A stretch of 64,000 bases of DNA from Sminthopsis crassicaudata (lineage: Eukaryota): positions 252,344,055 through 252,408,054 of the forward strand of contig NC_133622.1 of assembly GCF_048593235.1 (NCBI RefSeq), in the 5' to 3' direction. Shown here one piece after another: positions 1 through 21,667 of the stretch. The translations under genes and the position numbers were made by a program. Below the pieces are notes generated by a model. The model had not been told where the DNA came from, searched no databases, and saw nothing but the letters and a program-made list of their open reading frames with translations. Each line of letters opens with the position of its first letter. The stretch's first letter is position 1.

Positions 1-1110
1 AACTTCCTCCCTGATCTCTGGGTTCTGAGGTTCCCCTTACTCTGACACTAAGTTCTGAAGTTCCTCCCTGATCTCTGGGCTCTGTTCTGAAACTGTCAGT
101 TCTAAGTTCTGAAGTTTCTCTTTGATCTCTGTTCTGACACTCCTGGGTTCTGAGGTTCCCCTTACTCTGACACTAAGTTCTGAAGTTCCTCCCTGATCTC
201 TGGGTTCTGAGGTTCCCCTTACTCTGACACTCCGTTCTGAAGTTCCTCCCTGATCTCTGGGCTCTGTTCTGAAACTGTCAGTTCTAAGTTCCCAAGTTTC
301 TCTTTGATCTCTGATCTGACACTCCTGGGTTCTGAGGTTCCCCTTACTCTGACACTAAGTTCTGAACTTCCTCCCTGATCTCTGGGTTCTGAGGTTCCCC
401 TTACTCTGACACTAAGTTCTGAAGTTCCTCCCTGATCTCTGGGCTCTGTTCTGAAACTGTCAGTTCTAAGTTCTGAAGTTTCTCTTTGATCTCTGTTCTG
501 ACACTCCTGGGTTCTGAGGTTCCCCTTACTCTGACACTAAGTTCTGAAGTTCCTCCCTGATCTCTGGGTTCTGAGGTTCCCCTTACTCTGACACTCCGTT
601 CTGAAGTTCCTCCCTGATCTCTGGGCTCTGTTCTGAAACTGTCAGTTCTAAGTTCCCAAGTTTCTCTTTGATCTCTGATCTGTCACTCCTGGGTTCTGAG
701 GTTCCCCTTACTCTGACACTAAGTTCTGAAGTTCCTCCCTGATCTCTGGGCTCTGTTCTGAAACTTAGTTCTAAGTTCCCAAGTTTCTCTTTGATCTCTG
801 TTCTGACACTCCTGGGTTCTGAGGTTCCCCTTACTCTGACACTAAGTTCTGAAATTCCTCCCTGATCTCTGGGTTCTGAGGTTCCCCTTACTCTGACACT
901 AAGTTCTGAACTTCCTCCCTGATCTCTGGGCTCTGTTCTGAAACTGTCAGTTCTAAGTTCTGAAGTTTCTCTTTGATCTCTGTTCTGACACTCCTGGGTT
1001 CTGAGGCCCGTCTTACTCTGATACTATGTTCTAAGCTCTAAGTTCCTCCTTCCTTTGCTACTCCGGTTCTGAGGTCTTCCTCTGCCTCCATACTCCGCGT
1101 TCTACATTCT
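1..1110. repeat. Complex tandem repeat/satellite in RPS6KB2 intron 1, built from GTTCTGA-initiated monomers with 57-, 182- and 364-bp periods
   Basis: TTCCTCCCTGATCTCTGGGCTCTG recurs at 61, 243, 425 and 607 (182 bp apart), then at 732 and 912. Diagnostic variants recur 364 bp apart: CCCAAG at 291/655 and TCCGTT at 231/595. The array decays over about 1005-1110 and is truncated by the window start. Confidence 0.92.
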
Positions 1111-1629
1111 AGTCGTCTCCTCTTTCCATGCTCTGCGCTCTCATCCTGGGCTTGGCCCTCATCATTCTTGGGGGAGATCCCTTTGCCCTGACAGGGACTG
1201 GGCTAAATTCCGAGCCCCCCCCCTGCCCCTCAGCATGCTGAGGGGGCTGCTCAGAGTTCCCTCCCCGGCTGTCTGACATCCTGCTTTATCTGATCTGCAT
1301 TCTCCTTCAGTCCCAGTGTTCCAGGGTTCCGGGCCTCCAGCCCCTCTGCTGAGGCTTCTCTCCTGCATCTTTGGGCTGCGAGTCAGGCCCCCCCTTCCTC
1401 CAGTTTCCCCCGGGGCTCTCTTCTAGCAGCTTTGCTAGCCCCCTGCGTGTCTGTATGGCCTCCTTCACCCCCCAGCTCAGGACTCCAGGGTTCCTATTCC
1501 CCAGACGCTCCCCCATCCCCTCCTCCGACCTTATCTGGGCTTCCCTCTCACCTCCCTTGCCTCGTGCCGTGGCTGGTCTCCCTTATTCCAGTCCCTGGTT
1601 GGGCTTGGGTCCCTCTGAACACTCTGAGC

Positions 1630-1795
1630 AGATTATGGGAGCTGAAAGGAAGAAGTCCTTAAGTTCAGTCATCCCATTTTTCTACTGAGGAAACTGAGGC
1701 AGAAAGACTTGCCCAGAGTCATATGGCTAGTTAAGTGTCAGGAGCTGGAGTTGAGTGTCCGGAGTTTGGTGGGCTACCCACGATGCCATGCTGCT
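1630..1795 (-). mobile_element. CORE-SINE (MIR-type) fragment
   Basis: Core motif CCCATTTT...GAGGAAACTGAGGC...GACTTGCCCAGAGTCA; boundaries approximate. Confidence 0.7.
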
Positions 1796-1909
1796 TCTCA
1801 GTCACCGCCTTCCTATCGCCTTGCTCTCAGGCCTGGGGCCCTGGTGTGGGGGTCTGGGGTCCGGGGTGACCGTCAGGGCCAGGACACTGACCTCCACTTT
1901 CTCTCCCAG

Positions 1910-6652
<4,743 letters not shown>

Positions 6653-6881
6653 AGGGGCCGCCATGAACCCCAGCCACCCTCGGACTCTGATCCCCCTTGA
6701 CCTCTCGGAAGGATTTCCTGGCATTGGCCTGGAAGTGCTGTAGGCCCCTTGGGCCAGGCTGAGTGAAGTGCCCTTGGGGGCGGGGAGGGCACCTTTTGCA
6801 CAGAATCATGGGAACGGACTGCTGCGGCCTCCAGGCAGCGAGTGCCCTCCTCGCCCGGCTGCTGGGCTGCGGCTTTTAGGA

Positions 6882-6887
6882 AATAAA
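6882..6887 (+). terminator. RPS6KB2 poly(A) signal
   Basis: AATAAA about 230 nt after the stop codon, in an otherwise GC-rich UTR. Confidence 0.8.
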
Positions 6888-7079
6888 TATTGGAATCATG
6901 ACCCTGTGGAGACCTCATCCTTTCCTGTGAAGGGGGTGGGAGCTCAGGGCCCCCCAGTTATCCTGGGATTGTGGGGAGCCCCCCTTATGGAGTGTTTGAG
7001 GGTCTGCTGGTGCCCGCCCTCAGTTTGGGAGGGGTGGGGGTGGGCGCCTAGAAAAGCACAGGAATCCAGTGGAGGAGCC

Positions 7080-7085
7080 TTTATT
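7080..7085 (-). terminator. PTPRCAP poly(A) signal
   Basis: TTTATT on + (AATAAA on -), about 320 nt downstream of the PTPRCAP stop. Confidence 0.75.
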
Positions 7086-7403
7086 TCAGAGGGCCCCCCC
7101 CCATGCTGGAGCTGGATCGGGCGCCCCATCCTTCTGCCCTGCACCCACAAGGGCAGGGAGAGCTCAGTGGTCTCAGTCTGGGGGGGCGCTGCTTCGTGCC
7201 CCACAGTCTGGAGGCTGAGGCTGGGCACCGATCACGGGGTCAGGTGTGGCGCTCCCACCCCTTCAGGACACTGGAACCGCTGTGGAGTCTGGGGGCGGGG
7301 TGGGCTGAGCGGGCCCCTGGGAGGCTGGGCAGGACCTGTGGGTCCCCCCGTGACTATTGGGCCAGAGATGGGCATCAGGGAGGCAAAGCCAGGCCGCCCG
7401 TGC

Positions 7404-9052
7404 CTAGAGCGCTGTGACGCTGAGGCCGTGACCCCCCTCTGTGCCTGCCCCGTCCTCCCAGGCTGCACTGCCCGAAAAGGCGTGGAGGTCGCTGAGCAGG
7501 GCCCCAGCGCTGCCCCCGGCCTCGGAGGGGTGGGCTTGGGGGCCTTCCTTGGCCTCCCCCTGGGCCGCCTCCAGGCCCTGGGAGCCGCAGAGCCCACAAT
7601 CCTTGGGCTTCTGCTCCAGCTGATGCCCGTGCTCCCCGTCTGGCTCCAGATCCTCCTCCTCCTCCTCTTCCTCCTCGTCCTCCTCCTGCTTCTCAGTGCT
7701 GTCCTGGAGCTCTTCGATGGCCGAGGCTCGGAACCAGCGGCTCAGGCCTGAGGCGCGCAGCAGCTGGTGGGCCCGCCTGCCCAGGGAGGTGCCCAGGCGG
7801 TTGGGGTGGTAGTAGCCCCCCGATTCCCGGTTGAGGTGGCACCAGGCCAGGGCCAAGGCCGCCAGGAGCAGCAGCAGCAGCAGCAGCAGCAGCCACACGG
7901 TGACCGAGTTGGGGGAGCCGCTCTCCTCGGAGCCCAGCACCCCCGGCAGGGCCGCCAGCGTCGCCAGGCCACCCAGCCTGCAGCGAGCCTGCGGGGAGGG
8001 AGGAGGGAAAGGTGGACGGGGGCTGGAGCCGGGGGGGGTCAGGCCCTTCTGGCTCCCGCTGCAGGTCCGGGGCTCTGGCCCCGTGCCGGCCGCCCGCTCG
8101 GTTCCCTCAGCCGTAGAACGGGGATGACGTTGGCTAGCCAGGGGCTTATGGGACGGAGACGAGGGGGAAAGGGCCAGGTTCCCACGGATGGCTGAATGCT
8201 CCCTCTGCTCAGGGGGGCCCCCAAAAGTACAGGCCAGCCTGGCGGCCTCTGCCCACACCCTTCTCAGCAGGGCCCTGGACTGCAAGGCTGGGACTCTGGG
8301 CCCCAGCTCTGTAACTGGGCAACCCTCTCTGACCCTCAGTTTCTTCCTCTGTAAAAGGGTAAGCGTCCTCTGGGGGGGGAACCCAGGCCAAGGGATACAA
8401 GCTGGCAGCAGCTGCCGGGCCCCTCTCCTCGAGGGCTCCCCAGAGATGGGGGCCTGGGGCCGCTGCCCTGGAGCAGGGCAGGGGTGGGGGGCTGGCTGGC
8501 ACTGGGCACTTCCTGCCTCGCCCTCCTCCTTCCTCCTCCCAGGGCCCCTGCTCCCCACATAGGGCCTGGGAGCCTCGGAGCTCTCTGCTTAGCATGTCCT
8601 CCCCACCCCCCCAGCCAGCGGAGTTGGGGGGGGCAGGCATGTGACCGAGCCTGAGCCGCCTCCTTGAGAGGAAGCTTGCGGTCGGAACAAAGCAGGTGGG
8701 GCCTGCCCTGCTTGTGCGCTCCCAGGGGTGAGCAGAGCCGGGGCCCCCATTTCTGGCCCCACGGGCTGTGGGGGAGGGGCTGGAGCCCCTTGGGCCCTGG
8801 GCTGCGGGCACCCAGTGTGTGGAGGCCTGAGAAGCTGAGGCTCAGGGCTCCTTCCTCGGTGACCCTTCACCTCTGACCGCCCTGGACAGCCTGCCAGTCC
8901 CGTTAGGTGCCAGGCACTCCTGGCGGCACGCTCCCCAAGATCGGTCCCAAGCAGGCCCTCAGAGATGGGGGCCTAGAGGCGGAGGCCGCTGGCCTGCTCC
9001 AGCCCCGGCGCCCCCTGCCCGCTTCCTCGTCCGGGGCCCCCTCACTCACCAT
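7404..9052 (-). CDS. PTPRCAP: CD45-associated protein (LPAP), 195 aa, two coding exons
   Basis: Exon 1 contributes only the ATG (9050-9052, followed by a GTGAGT donor). Exon 2 is 7404-7988 after a CCGCAG acceptor. It encodes a signal peptide, a poly-Leu TM segment from (CTG)8, GGYYHP, an acidic tract and the C-terminal LLSDLHAFSGSAAW...SVTAL. Confidence 0.95.
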
Positions 9053-9119
9053 GTGGGCCTCCAGTCTCGGAGCGGGCCCGGCTACTCTGGGGCGAATAAC
9101 ACCGGCTGTGGCGGGGCCT

Positions 9120-9260
9120 GAGAGCAGACTGGGCGAGGGAGGCAGGGACCGAGACCAGAGTTAGAGTGGGGCTTCCGGCTTCCTGTGTCTTGCCCACCCC
9201 TCCCCAAGCTGGCAGGGGCCCGGTGATGGGGAGGCGGGGCTGCCGGGTGAGCCCACGCGT
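9120..9260 (-). promoter_or_regulatory. PTPRCAP proximal promoter with tandem ETS motifs
   Basis: GCTTCCGGCTTCCTG at about 9171-9185 (two GGAA cores on -) and a GC box at about 9232, just upstream of the ATG exon. Confidence 0.5.
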
Positions 9261-9874
9261 TCCCTCAGATCGGGGCTTTCTGTCCAACCCCAGGCCTGGG
9301 ACCCAAAGGCTTCTGGGGAGCGGGTGCCGCCAATCACGAACTTAGCAGAAACACTGCCCCCTCCCCCCAGAGCTCACGTGCTGTCGAGCGAGACAAGGAT
9401 GTTGGGGGAGAACTGGGGGGGGCAGGGGGGCAGGCCCAGAGCCCAGGGGGCAGCTGGTACCGAGGCAGGACATGGGGATGGAGCGGGATGGGGCCGGAGC
9501 GCTGGGAGAGGCAGGAGGGCCTCCTGGCCTGATGAGGGGATAACAGAGCCCGGGAAACTCATTGGGCAGAGGTGGCCCGGTCGGGCCCGGGCTAGGGTGG
9601 AGGATGGGCAGCATGTGCCTCAGTCCAGGTGTGAGTGAGTCACAGGGGCCACACCTGGCCTGGGCACCTGAGGGCTGGGCCGGGGCCCGCTGTGGGGGGG
9701 GTAGGAGGGGAGAGCGGCTCGGGCGTTTGCCCTGAAATGCCACCAACAGTGGCCAAGATGCAGCTTGTGAGGGGGGCCCCTGAGCCAGATGGGCTGGAGT
9801 GGGTGTGGGAGGGCCCCAGCACTGTGGCATGAGGACCCCCAAAGGCTGAGGGAGCTGGAGGCCTGGAGGGCAGT

Positions 9875-10070
9875 GTCCCCCAAACCTAAAGGAGACTCCC
9901 AGGGAAGGTAGTGTTCCCCAGACCTAGAGAGGAGACCCAGGAGGGTGGCGCCCCCCAAAACTAGGGGAGCTTGGGAGAAGGCAGTGCCCCCCAAAACTAG
10001 AGGAATTCCCTAGGGAAGGTAGTGTTCCCCAAACTAGAGGGACCCCAGGAGATTGGAGTGCCCCTCAAGT
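9875..10070. repeat. Degenerate repeat of about 37 bp between PTPRCAP and CORO1B
   Basis: CCCCAAA(A/C)CTAG...GGAAGG(T/C)AGTG recurs 5-6 times. Confidence 0.65.
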
Positions 10071-10456
10071 GCCCAGGAGAGGGCAAGGAGGGAGAGTTTA
10101 GGTACTGGGGAGGAAAGGAAGCGATTCGGCGAGGGGAGAACACTGGGAGAAAAGGGAAGGCCAGTGGGAGACTTTTAAAGGTGCCAGAAGCGTGGGTGTG
10201 TTTGTGGGCAGAGGGAGGGCCGTGGGGGGCAGGGATCGGGCCTCAGAATGGTGGTGGGGAGCCCAGATTTAGGCAACTCCAGAGCAGCATGCTGGGAACT
10301 GGCAACAGGGGGAGGGGGGTGCAGCAGATCCGTCCAGGGCTGGAGGGCCACATGTCATTTCCCCCCCAGGTCACCGCACACGCCGCCCCCCACCTCCTTC
10401 CTCCCCGCCCCGCGCCCCATAGCAAAGGGGGAGCCAGCCACGTTCTTAGAAAGGTT

Positions 10457-10462
10457 TTTATT
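10457..10462 (-). terminator. CORO1B poly(A) signal
   Basis: TTTATT on +, about 235 nt past the CORO1B stop. Confidence 0.75.
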
Positions 10463-10697
10463 TGGAATGAAAATAGAGTTGGCCCCACAACTTCCGCCAG
10501 GGGAGCTCAGGGCAGGAGAGCGGTGTCTGGGTAAGTCGGGGGCTAGCTGGGGGAGGGCGGGGCCCCTCGGAGGTTTGGGGGACTTCTGGCCTGCGATATA
10601 TAAAAAATTCTGGGTACAAGTATAAAAGTGGTCCAGCCGGAGCGGGGCGCCCTGGCGGGGGGGCCGGGCGCCCAGAGAGCCGTGTGCGGGGCCCGCG

Positions 10698-16060
<5,363 letters not shown>

Positions 16061-16884
16061 TCACCCCCCGTAAAGGAGGTGCCCCCTCCCTCCCTGCCTG
16101 GTCCCGGCGGGGCATCTGGGGCAGTTCAGGGGCGGGGCAAACTCTGGGCCTCCTCGTCAAGGGCCACCCCTTCGTTTTACAGATGGGGAAACTGAGGCCA
16201 GAAAGGAAAAAGGGGCCTCCCCAAATTCACCCAGCTGGCAAATGGAAGAGTCAGGCCCTGGACGAGTCCCCCAGATTCCCCGCCTTGTGCAGGAGTTTCC
16301 ACTCCCCGCTTTGACTTCTGTTTGATTGTCTCTCAGTCGGAGTCTCAGTGTTCCTATCTAGAAAATGGGACGTTGCCCCCTCCTGCCCACAGAACTGCAG
16401 AAGGCTCTCCTGGCTTCCTCGGGGATTTGGGGAAACCTTTCTTTAGCGTCTGCAGGGAAGGGAGTGGGGGTGGTGTTCCAGAAATCTCCTCCCAAGGCCT
16501 TGGAAAATAGGCTGTCCTTAAACCACCCTCCGCGGCTCCCACCCGGGCTCCCCCCGCGGCTCCCGCCGGCCCCTCGCAGTCCGGAGGCTCGGCCCGCCCT
16601 CTCCCGGGCCGCTCCCGTCAGACCCTGCTCTGCCTGGCTGGGGGGCCCCCCCTCCCCTCCAGCAGAGGAACTAGGCCAGGGCCCAGGCTACCGCCGAGGG
16701 GAGGGGGTGAGGGGCGCGGATCTGCAGGGAGGCAGAGGGTCCCGCGGCCCCCACCCCCCACCCCCGCCCAGAACCCCCTGCACCCCGCGCCCCCGCCGGC
16801 TCCGGGAAGGGCCCGGGTCCAGAGCCCGGGGGGAGGGGCTGCCTCGGGAGGCCGCGCCCCCTCCCCAGCCCCGCCCCCGCTCAC

Positions 16885-17060
16885 CGGTGGGCGGGTGGGC
16901 ACCGCGCGCGCGGGGCAGCGGGACCGAGTCCGAGTCCGGGTCCGGGTCCGGCGGCTGCTCTGGATCCCCAACTCTGGGAAGCAGGAAGCGGGAATCAGGA
17001 AGTGACCGAGGATGCCCAGGAGGAGGGGCCGGGGCGGGGCGGGGGCGGGGCCTGGCTGGA
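16885..17060 (-). promoter_or_regulatory. CORO1B non-coding exon 1 and CpG-island promoter
   Basis: Donor GTGAG at 16884 (CTCAC on +), a GGAA cluster at about 16977-17003 and GC boxes at about 17027-17050. The exon 2 acceptor lies 2 nt before the ATG. The TSS position is inferred. Confidence 0.65.
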
Positions 17061-17154
17061 GGGGGAGGAGGAGGGCTCTGGGGACAGGGCTGGGGGAGAG
17101 GACCTGGGCTGGGACTGTGGGGCGGAGGAGGGGCTGGGATCGGGGCAGGGGCAG

Positions 17155-17530
17155 GGGGGAGGGGCGGAGGCGGGGCTAGGGGCGGCCGCTGGGGAGAGGG
17201 CCTGGAGAGGGAGGGGGCGGGCGGGGGGGGGGGGCGGAGGCGGGGCTAGGGGGCGGCCGCTGGGGAGAGGGCCTGGAGAGGGAGGGGGCGGGCGGGGGGG
17301 GGGGCGGAGGCGGGGCTAGGGGCGGCCGCTGGGGAGAGGGCCTGGAGAGGGAGGGGGCGGAGGGGAGCTGCGATCCCAGCAGGGGCCGGGGGGAGGGGCG
17401 GAGGCGGGGCTAGGGGCGGCCGCTGGGGAGAGGGCCTGGAGAGGGAGGGGGCGGGCGGAAGGGGGGGGGCGGAGGCGGGGCTAGGGGCGGCCGCTGGGGA
17501 GAGGGCCTGGAGAGGGAGGGGGCGGAGGGG
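17155..17530. repeat. About 70-bp GC-box-rich VNTR, 5 copies, upstream of CORO1B
   Basis: GCGGCCGCTGGGGAGAGGGCCTGGAGAGGG at 17182, 17253, 17322, 17416 and 17487. Confidence 0.9.
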
Positions 17531-19063
17531 GGCTTCGATCCCGGCAGGGGCTGCGGAAGCTGCAGCCGGGAGCAGGGTGGGGGACCCTGGGGAAGAAGGC
17601 GCCGGGCGGAGTTCCAAGATGCGGAGAAACGGAGGGGAGGAGCAGCCTTGAGAGGGCCCTGCGGGGGCTGCGTCTCCCCTGGAAGGGTCCGTGGCCGGAA
17701 TCCGAAGGAGCTAGAGAGAAGGCTGGGGGGGCGGGGAAGGAGGGAGAAGGAAGCGAGGCGGGGGGCGGGCAGAGCCCCCCGGATTGGGCCGTGTGCCGGG
17801 GCTTCTCCCCGCGCTCTCGGACAGACCTAAGGCTGCCCCGGCTGCCCTGGGGCCCAGGTGCGGGCACTTGGGAGTCTGAAGACTTGGGTTCAAATCCCGT
17901 TTCTACGGTGGGGCCGTGCGCTTTCCCCAGCCCAGAGACCCCACGGTTCCTTCCGCTCTGACTCCGGAGAGGGACCCGGGCGGGAGTCTCCCGCCGCCAA
18001 GTTCACCTGCGGGGGAAACCGAGGCTCAAGGAAAAAAGGGACTTGGCTAAGCTCAGCCAGCGAGGGTGAACGGCGGGATCCGAGCCCGCTCCCGCTGCGG
18101 GGGTGGGGGGGGTGCAGAGATGTTGGCAATGGAACCTAGGCCCCGCCCCCAGGTCCCGGGCTGCCCCACAAGCAGAGAGTGACTGGGGGGGGTTTAGAGT
18201 CCCTAGGAGGGGGCCTCGTGGTTGCTGGCACATCCTTAGCCCCCCCCCACTCCCTTCCCCCTCCCCGAGAACTCCGTAACTGGGGCCAAACTGCCCCTCC
18301 CCCCAGGAGCAGGGACGGGATTGAGTCGGAGCCGTCCCTGACTCAGTGTCCCTCTGGGCTCAGCCGCCCCAGTTCTCTCTGGCCTGCTTGTCAGCCAACA
18401 CCCGGGGCCTCTCGGGGCCTCCGCTGCCCCCGGAAGGCTCTGGAGGGGAAACTGAGGCAGTGACCTGGCCAGCCCCCCCACCCCAGGCCAATCCGCTGCT
18501 TGTCCTGGCATCACAGGACGAACAGGACAACTGAGGCGCTGTGCGAGGCCCAGCCTGCAGAGCAAGGCCGCAGTCCCGCCCTCCAGGAGCTCGCCCGTCA
18601 GGGAGAAGCTAAAAGGAACCGGAGGGAGAGCCCAAAGTAAGAGCGGCTGCAGAAGTGAGGTTCCCGCGGGCGGGGAGGAAGGCAGCGAGGAAGGAAGAGG
18701 CCCTGGGGGCCAGCCCGAGAGATGCCCGGGTCCTGGAGCCGGAGCACAGAGGCAGGGGCTGGGAAGGGAGCTCCGGCCCAAGAGCTTGCCTCGCCACCCC
18801 AGCTGTTCTATTTGATCCGAAGGCGGTGGGGGGCTACCGGAGCTGGGGGGAGGAGGGATGCCAGCAAACTTGCACTTGAGGAAGATCACTTTGGGACCCC
18901 AGGGAGGACGGACTGAAGTGGGAGAGGCTGGGGGGGGAAGCAGCAGCCTGAGCAGCCTTGGGACATGAAGAGGTGAGGACTGGAGTGAGAGCAGGGTCAG
19001 AAGAGAGAGGGCGTGCTGGAAAGGTCAAATCAGCAGGTGACCCACTGGACGTGGGGGACGGGA

Positions 19064-19660
19064 GAATGAGGGGCTGGGGATGAGGTAAATGAGAGGCTGG
19101 GGAGGAGGGTGAATGAGGGGCTGGGGATGAGGTGAATGAGGGGCTGGGGAGGAGGGTGAATGAGAGGCTGGGGATGAGGTGAATGAGAGGCTGGGGAGGA
19201 GGGTGAATGAGGGGCTGGGGATGAGGTGAATGAGGGGCTGGGGATGAGGTGAATGAGGGGCTGGGGATGAGGTAAATGAGAGGCTGGGGAGGAGGGTGAA
19301 TGAGAGGTTGGGGATGAGGGTGAATGAGGGGCTGGGGATGAGGTGAATGAGGGGCTGGGGAGGAGGGTGAATGAGGGGCTGGGGATGAGGTGAATGAGAG
19401 GCTGGGGAGGAGGGTGAATGAGGGGCTGGGGATGAGGTGAATGAGAGGCTGGGGAGGAGGGTGAATGAGGGGCTGGGGATGAGGGTGAATGAGGGGCTGG
19501 GGAGGAGGGTGAATGAGGGGCTGGGGATGAGGTGAATGAGAGGCTGGGGAGGAGGGTGAATGAGAGGTTGGGGATGAGGGTGAATGAGGGGCTGGGGATG
19601 AGGTGAATGAGAGGCTAGGGATGAGGGTGAATGAGGGGCTGGGGATGAGGTGAATGAGAC
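19064..19660. repeat. 23/24-bp purine-rich VNTR, about 25 copies
   Basis: Interleaved units GAATGAGGGGCTGGGGATGAGGT and GAATGAGAGGCTGGGGAGGAGGGT. Confidence 0.95.
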
Positions 19661-19669
19661 ATTAGGGAT

Positions 19670-20300
19670 GACTCCTAGGTTTGGAGCTGCAGCGATGAGG
19701 AGAATGAAAGCACCACCACTAGTCCTGGGGAAGTCCTAGAGGAGTCCCCAGTTTGAGAGGAAAGAGGATGCGCCCATTTTGACCATGTTGATGGACAAGC
19801 CGTGTCCGGGACTGAATGTCTAACTGGCGATCTGGACAGAGCCACGCCAGAGAAGTGGTGGGAGTCAGCGTGTGAAATCCACAGGAGCTGGTGTGTTCAC
19901 TGTGGGAAGAAGAGAAGAGGTTCCGGGGCGGAGCTCTGTGGGACACTGGGGGTAGAAGGCGGGACTTGGAGGAGGATCCAGGCAAGGAGACAGACAGGGA
20001 GCAGGCAGGTCTGTAGTGGGAGAGCCAGGAGAGGGAGCTTTCCCAGAAAGCCTTGAGAGTAAACCCCAGGGCCCAAGGCCACGGGGGAGTGAAGGAGAAT
20101 GAGAGCAGAGAAAGGGCCATTCGATTGGGGAATTAGGAGGTCTCTGATATCTTTGGAGACTGTCCATCAAGGTCTCCTTCCTCCCAAAGCTGGCCCTGTT
20201 AGGGAGATGGCCCAGAGCTGTGGGAGGCGTTCACCCGCACAGGCCCAACTTCAGGAGCTCGGGGTCCTGGGAAGGCTCCCAGCCGGTCAGTGATGCTTAA
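19670..20300 (-). mobile_element. Old L2 LINE fragment
   Basis: Degenerate GA-rich sequence resembling L2 antisense (GATGACTCC..GGTTT, TTTTGACCATGTTGA, GAAGAGAAGAGG). Family call from recalled consensus. Confidence 0.5.
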
Positions 20301-20904
20301 CGTGCCAGCCGAAGTCCCCCAGGCTCATCCCCATGGCCATTCAAAGAGCCAGCCTTCAGGTCGCCAGGGGTGGCAATCTGCTCCGGCGCAACAAAGATAT
20401 CAGAGAAATCAGATGAGGAAACTGAGGCAAACAGGGTGAATGACTTGCCCAGGGCTATACAGCTAGGAAGTGAGTCTTCCTGCCTTCAGGTTTCCCCAAG
20501 CTTTTGTAGGCTGTTCCTAACAGAGCTTTGCTTTAAACCCAGAAGCTAGAAGTGCTACCAAAAGGGGCAGATTTGGACCTGAAGTCAGGAAGCCTACAGG
20601 AGGAGAGCTCCCCCAGGGAGACCGGGCACTGAGAGAGGCCATGGGCGCCCCACTCCCAGAGATCTGTGGGGAGGCCGATGCTCGGGGAGCCGGGTACAAA
20701 TGGGGATCGCGCTCCGAACCCACAGATCTTTTGCAGCTCAGAATCTCAGGCATCTCTGAACTGGCCCCCCTTGGGCCATTCCTGCTCCCAGCCCATTTAA
20801 GTCCTGGACGAAAGGCCTGGTCTGGAGCATTCTGGTCCATATTGTCTAGAAACGTAGTCGGAACCAAGGTCCATCCTTCTGTGTGAATGGCCTAAAACCA
20901 AGTT

Positions 20905-21140
20905 GTTCAGTTTGAAGCCAGGTGGGGCAGGGCATAGAGCTCTGGACCTGAACTCTGATTTAGCCTCAGACAGTGGCTGTGTGACCTGGGGCAAGTCACT
21001 TCCTCATTCTGCCTCAGTTTCTTCATCTGTCAAAGGGAGCTAATAAGAGCTCCTACTGCTCAGGGTTGTTGTGAGAATCCAATGAGGGCATATTTGTAAA
21101 GTGTTTTAGCTTAGGGTGCTACGTAAGTGCTGGCTACTTG
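20905..21140 (+). mobile_element. CORE-SINE (MIR/MIR3/Mar1-type)
   Basis: GCTGTGTGACCTGGGGCAAGTCACTT...GCCTCAGTTTCTTCATCTGT...AGGGTTGTTGTGAGAATC. Confidence 0.75.
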
Positions 21141-21667
21141 GCCGAGTCATTCCAGCATTTATTTCCAGATTGCCAAATTGTGACACCCCGAAAATGCTGC
21201 TGGAGAAATTAAGGGTCTCGCCACCTCAGAGTGGGAGGGAAGCTCTGGGAGCAACTACTCTATTCGAACCTGAACAAAAGGCAGGGTTGCCCAGTGGAGA
21301 GAACTCTGGACTGGGAATGAATCAGAACGACTCGCCTTCCAATGTGGCCTCAGCCCTTTCCAGCTGTGTCTTTTCAACTCTTTGTCCTCAGTTTTCTCAT
21401 CTGTAAATGACCCGGCGAATCAGCCCCCCTCGGCAGCCTATGACCCTCCGGCCTCACGTCCTTCCTTGGGACCTGTGTTGTTGAGGAACAAACAGCTCTC
21501 ACTGGACCAATCAGACACAGCCCTTCTTTCCTGGATGGGATGGGCCAGGCTGACCCCGAGTCTTCTCCAGGAAAAAAGGTTCTACTCCTTCAGCCGATGA
21601 TTGTGTGCTAGGAGCCTCCACATACCCGATGTTCTCACAGAGCTGGAGCATCCCATGTGCTGTGTTC

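Noticed and set aside
1-1010. CRISPR-like appearance of regular repeats (also 19064-19660 and 55145-55535)
   Set aside because: Eukaryotic context, no unique spacers and no cas genes; these are tandem repeats.
6768-7751. 327-aa plus-strand ORF antisense to PTPRCAP
   Set aside because: Low-complexity shadow frame in GC-rich sequence with no recognisable domain.
18236-18889. 217-aa minus-strand ORF upstream of CORO1B
   Set aside because: No recognisable domain, Pro/Ser/Leu composition typical of GC-rich non-coding DNA, and no supporting exon structure.
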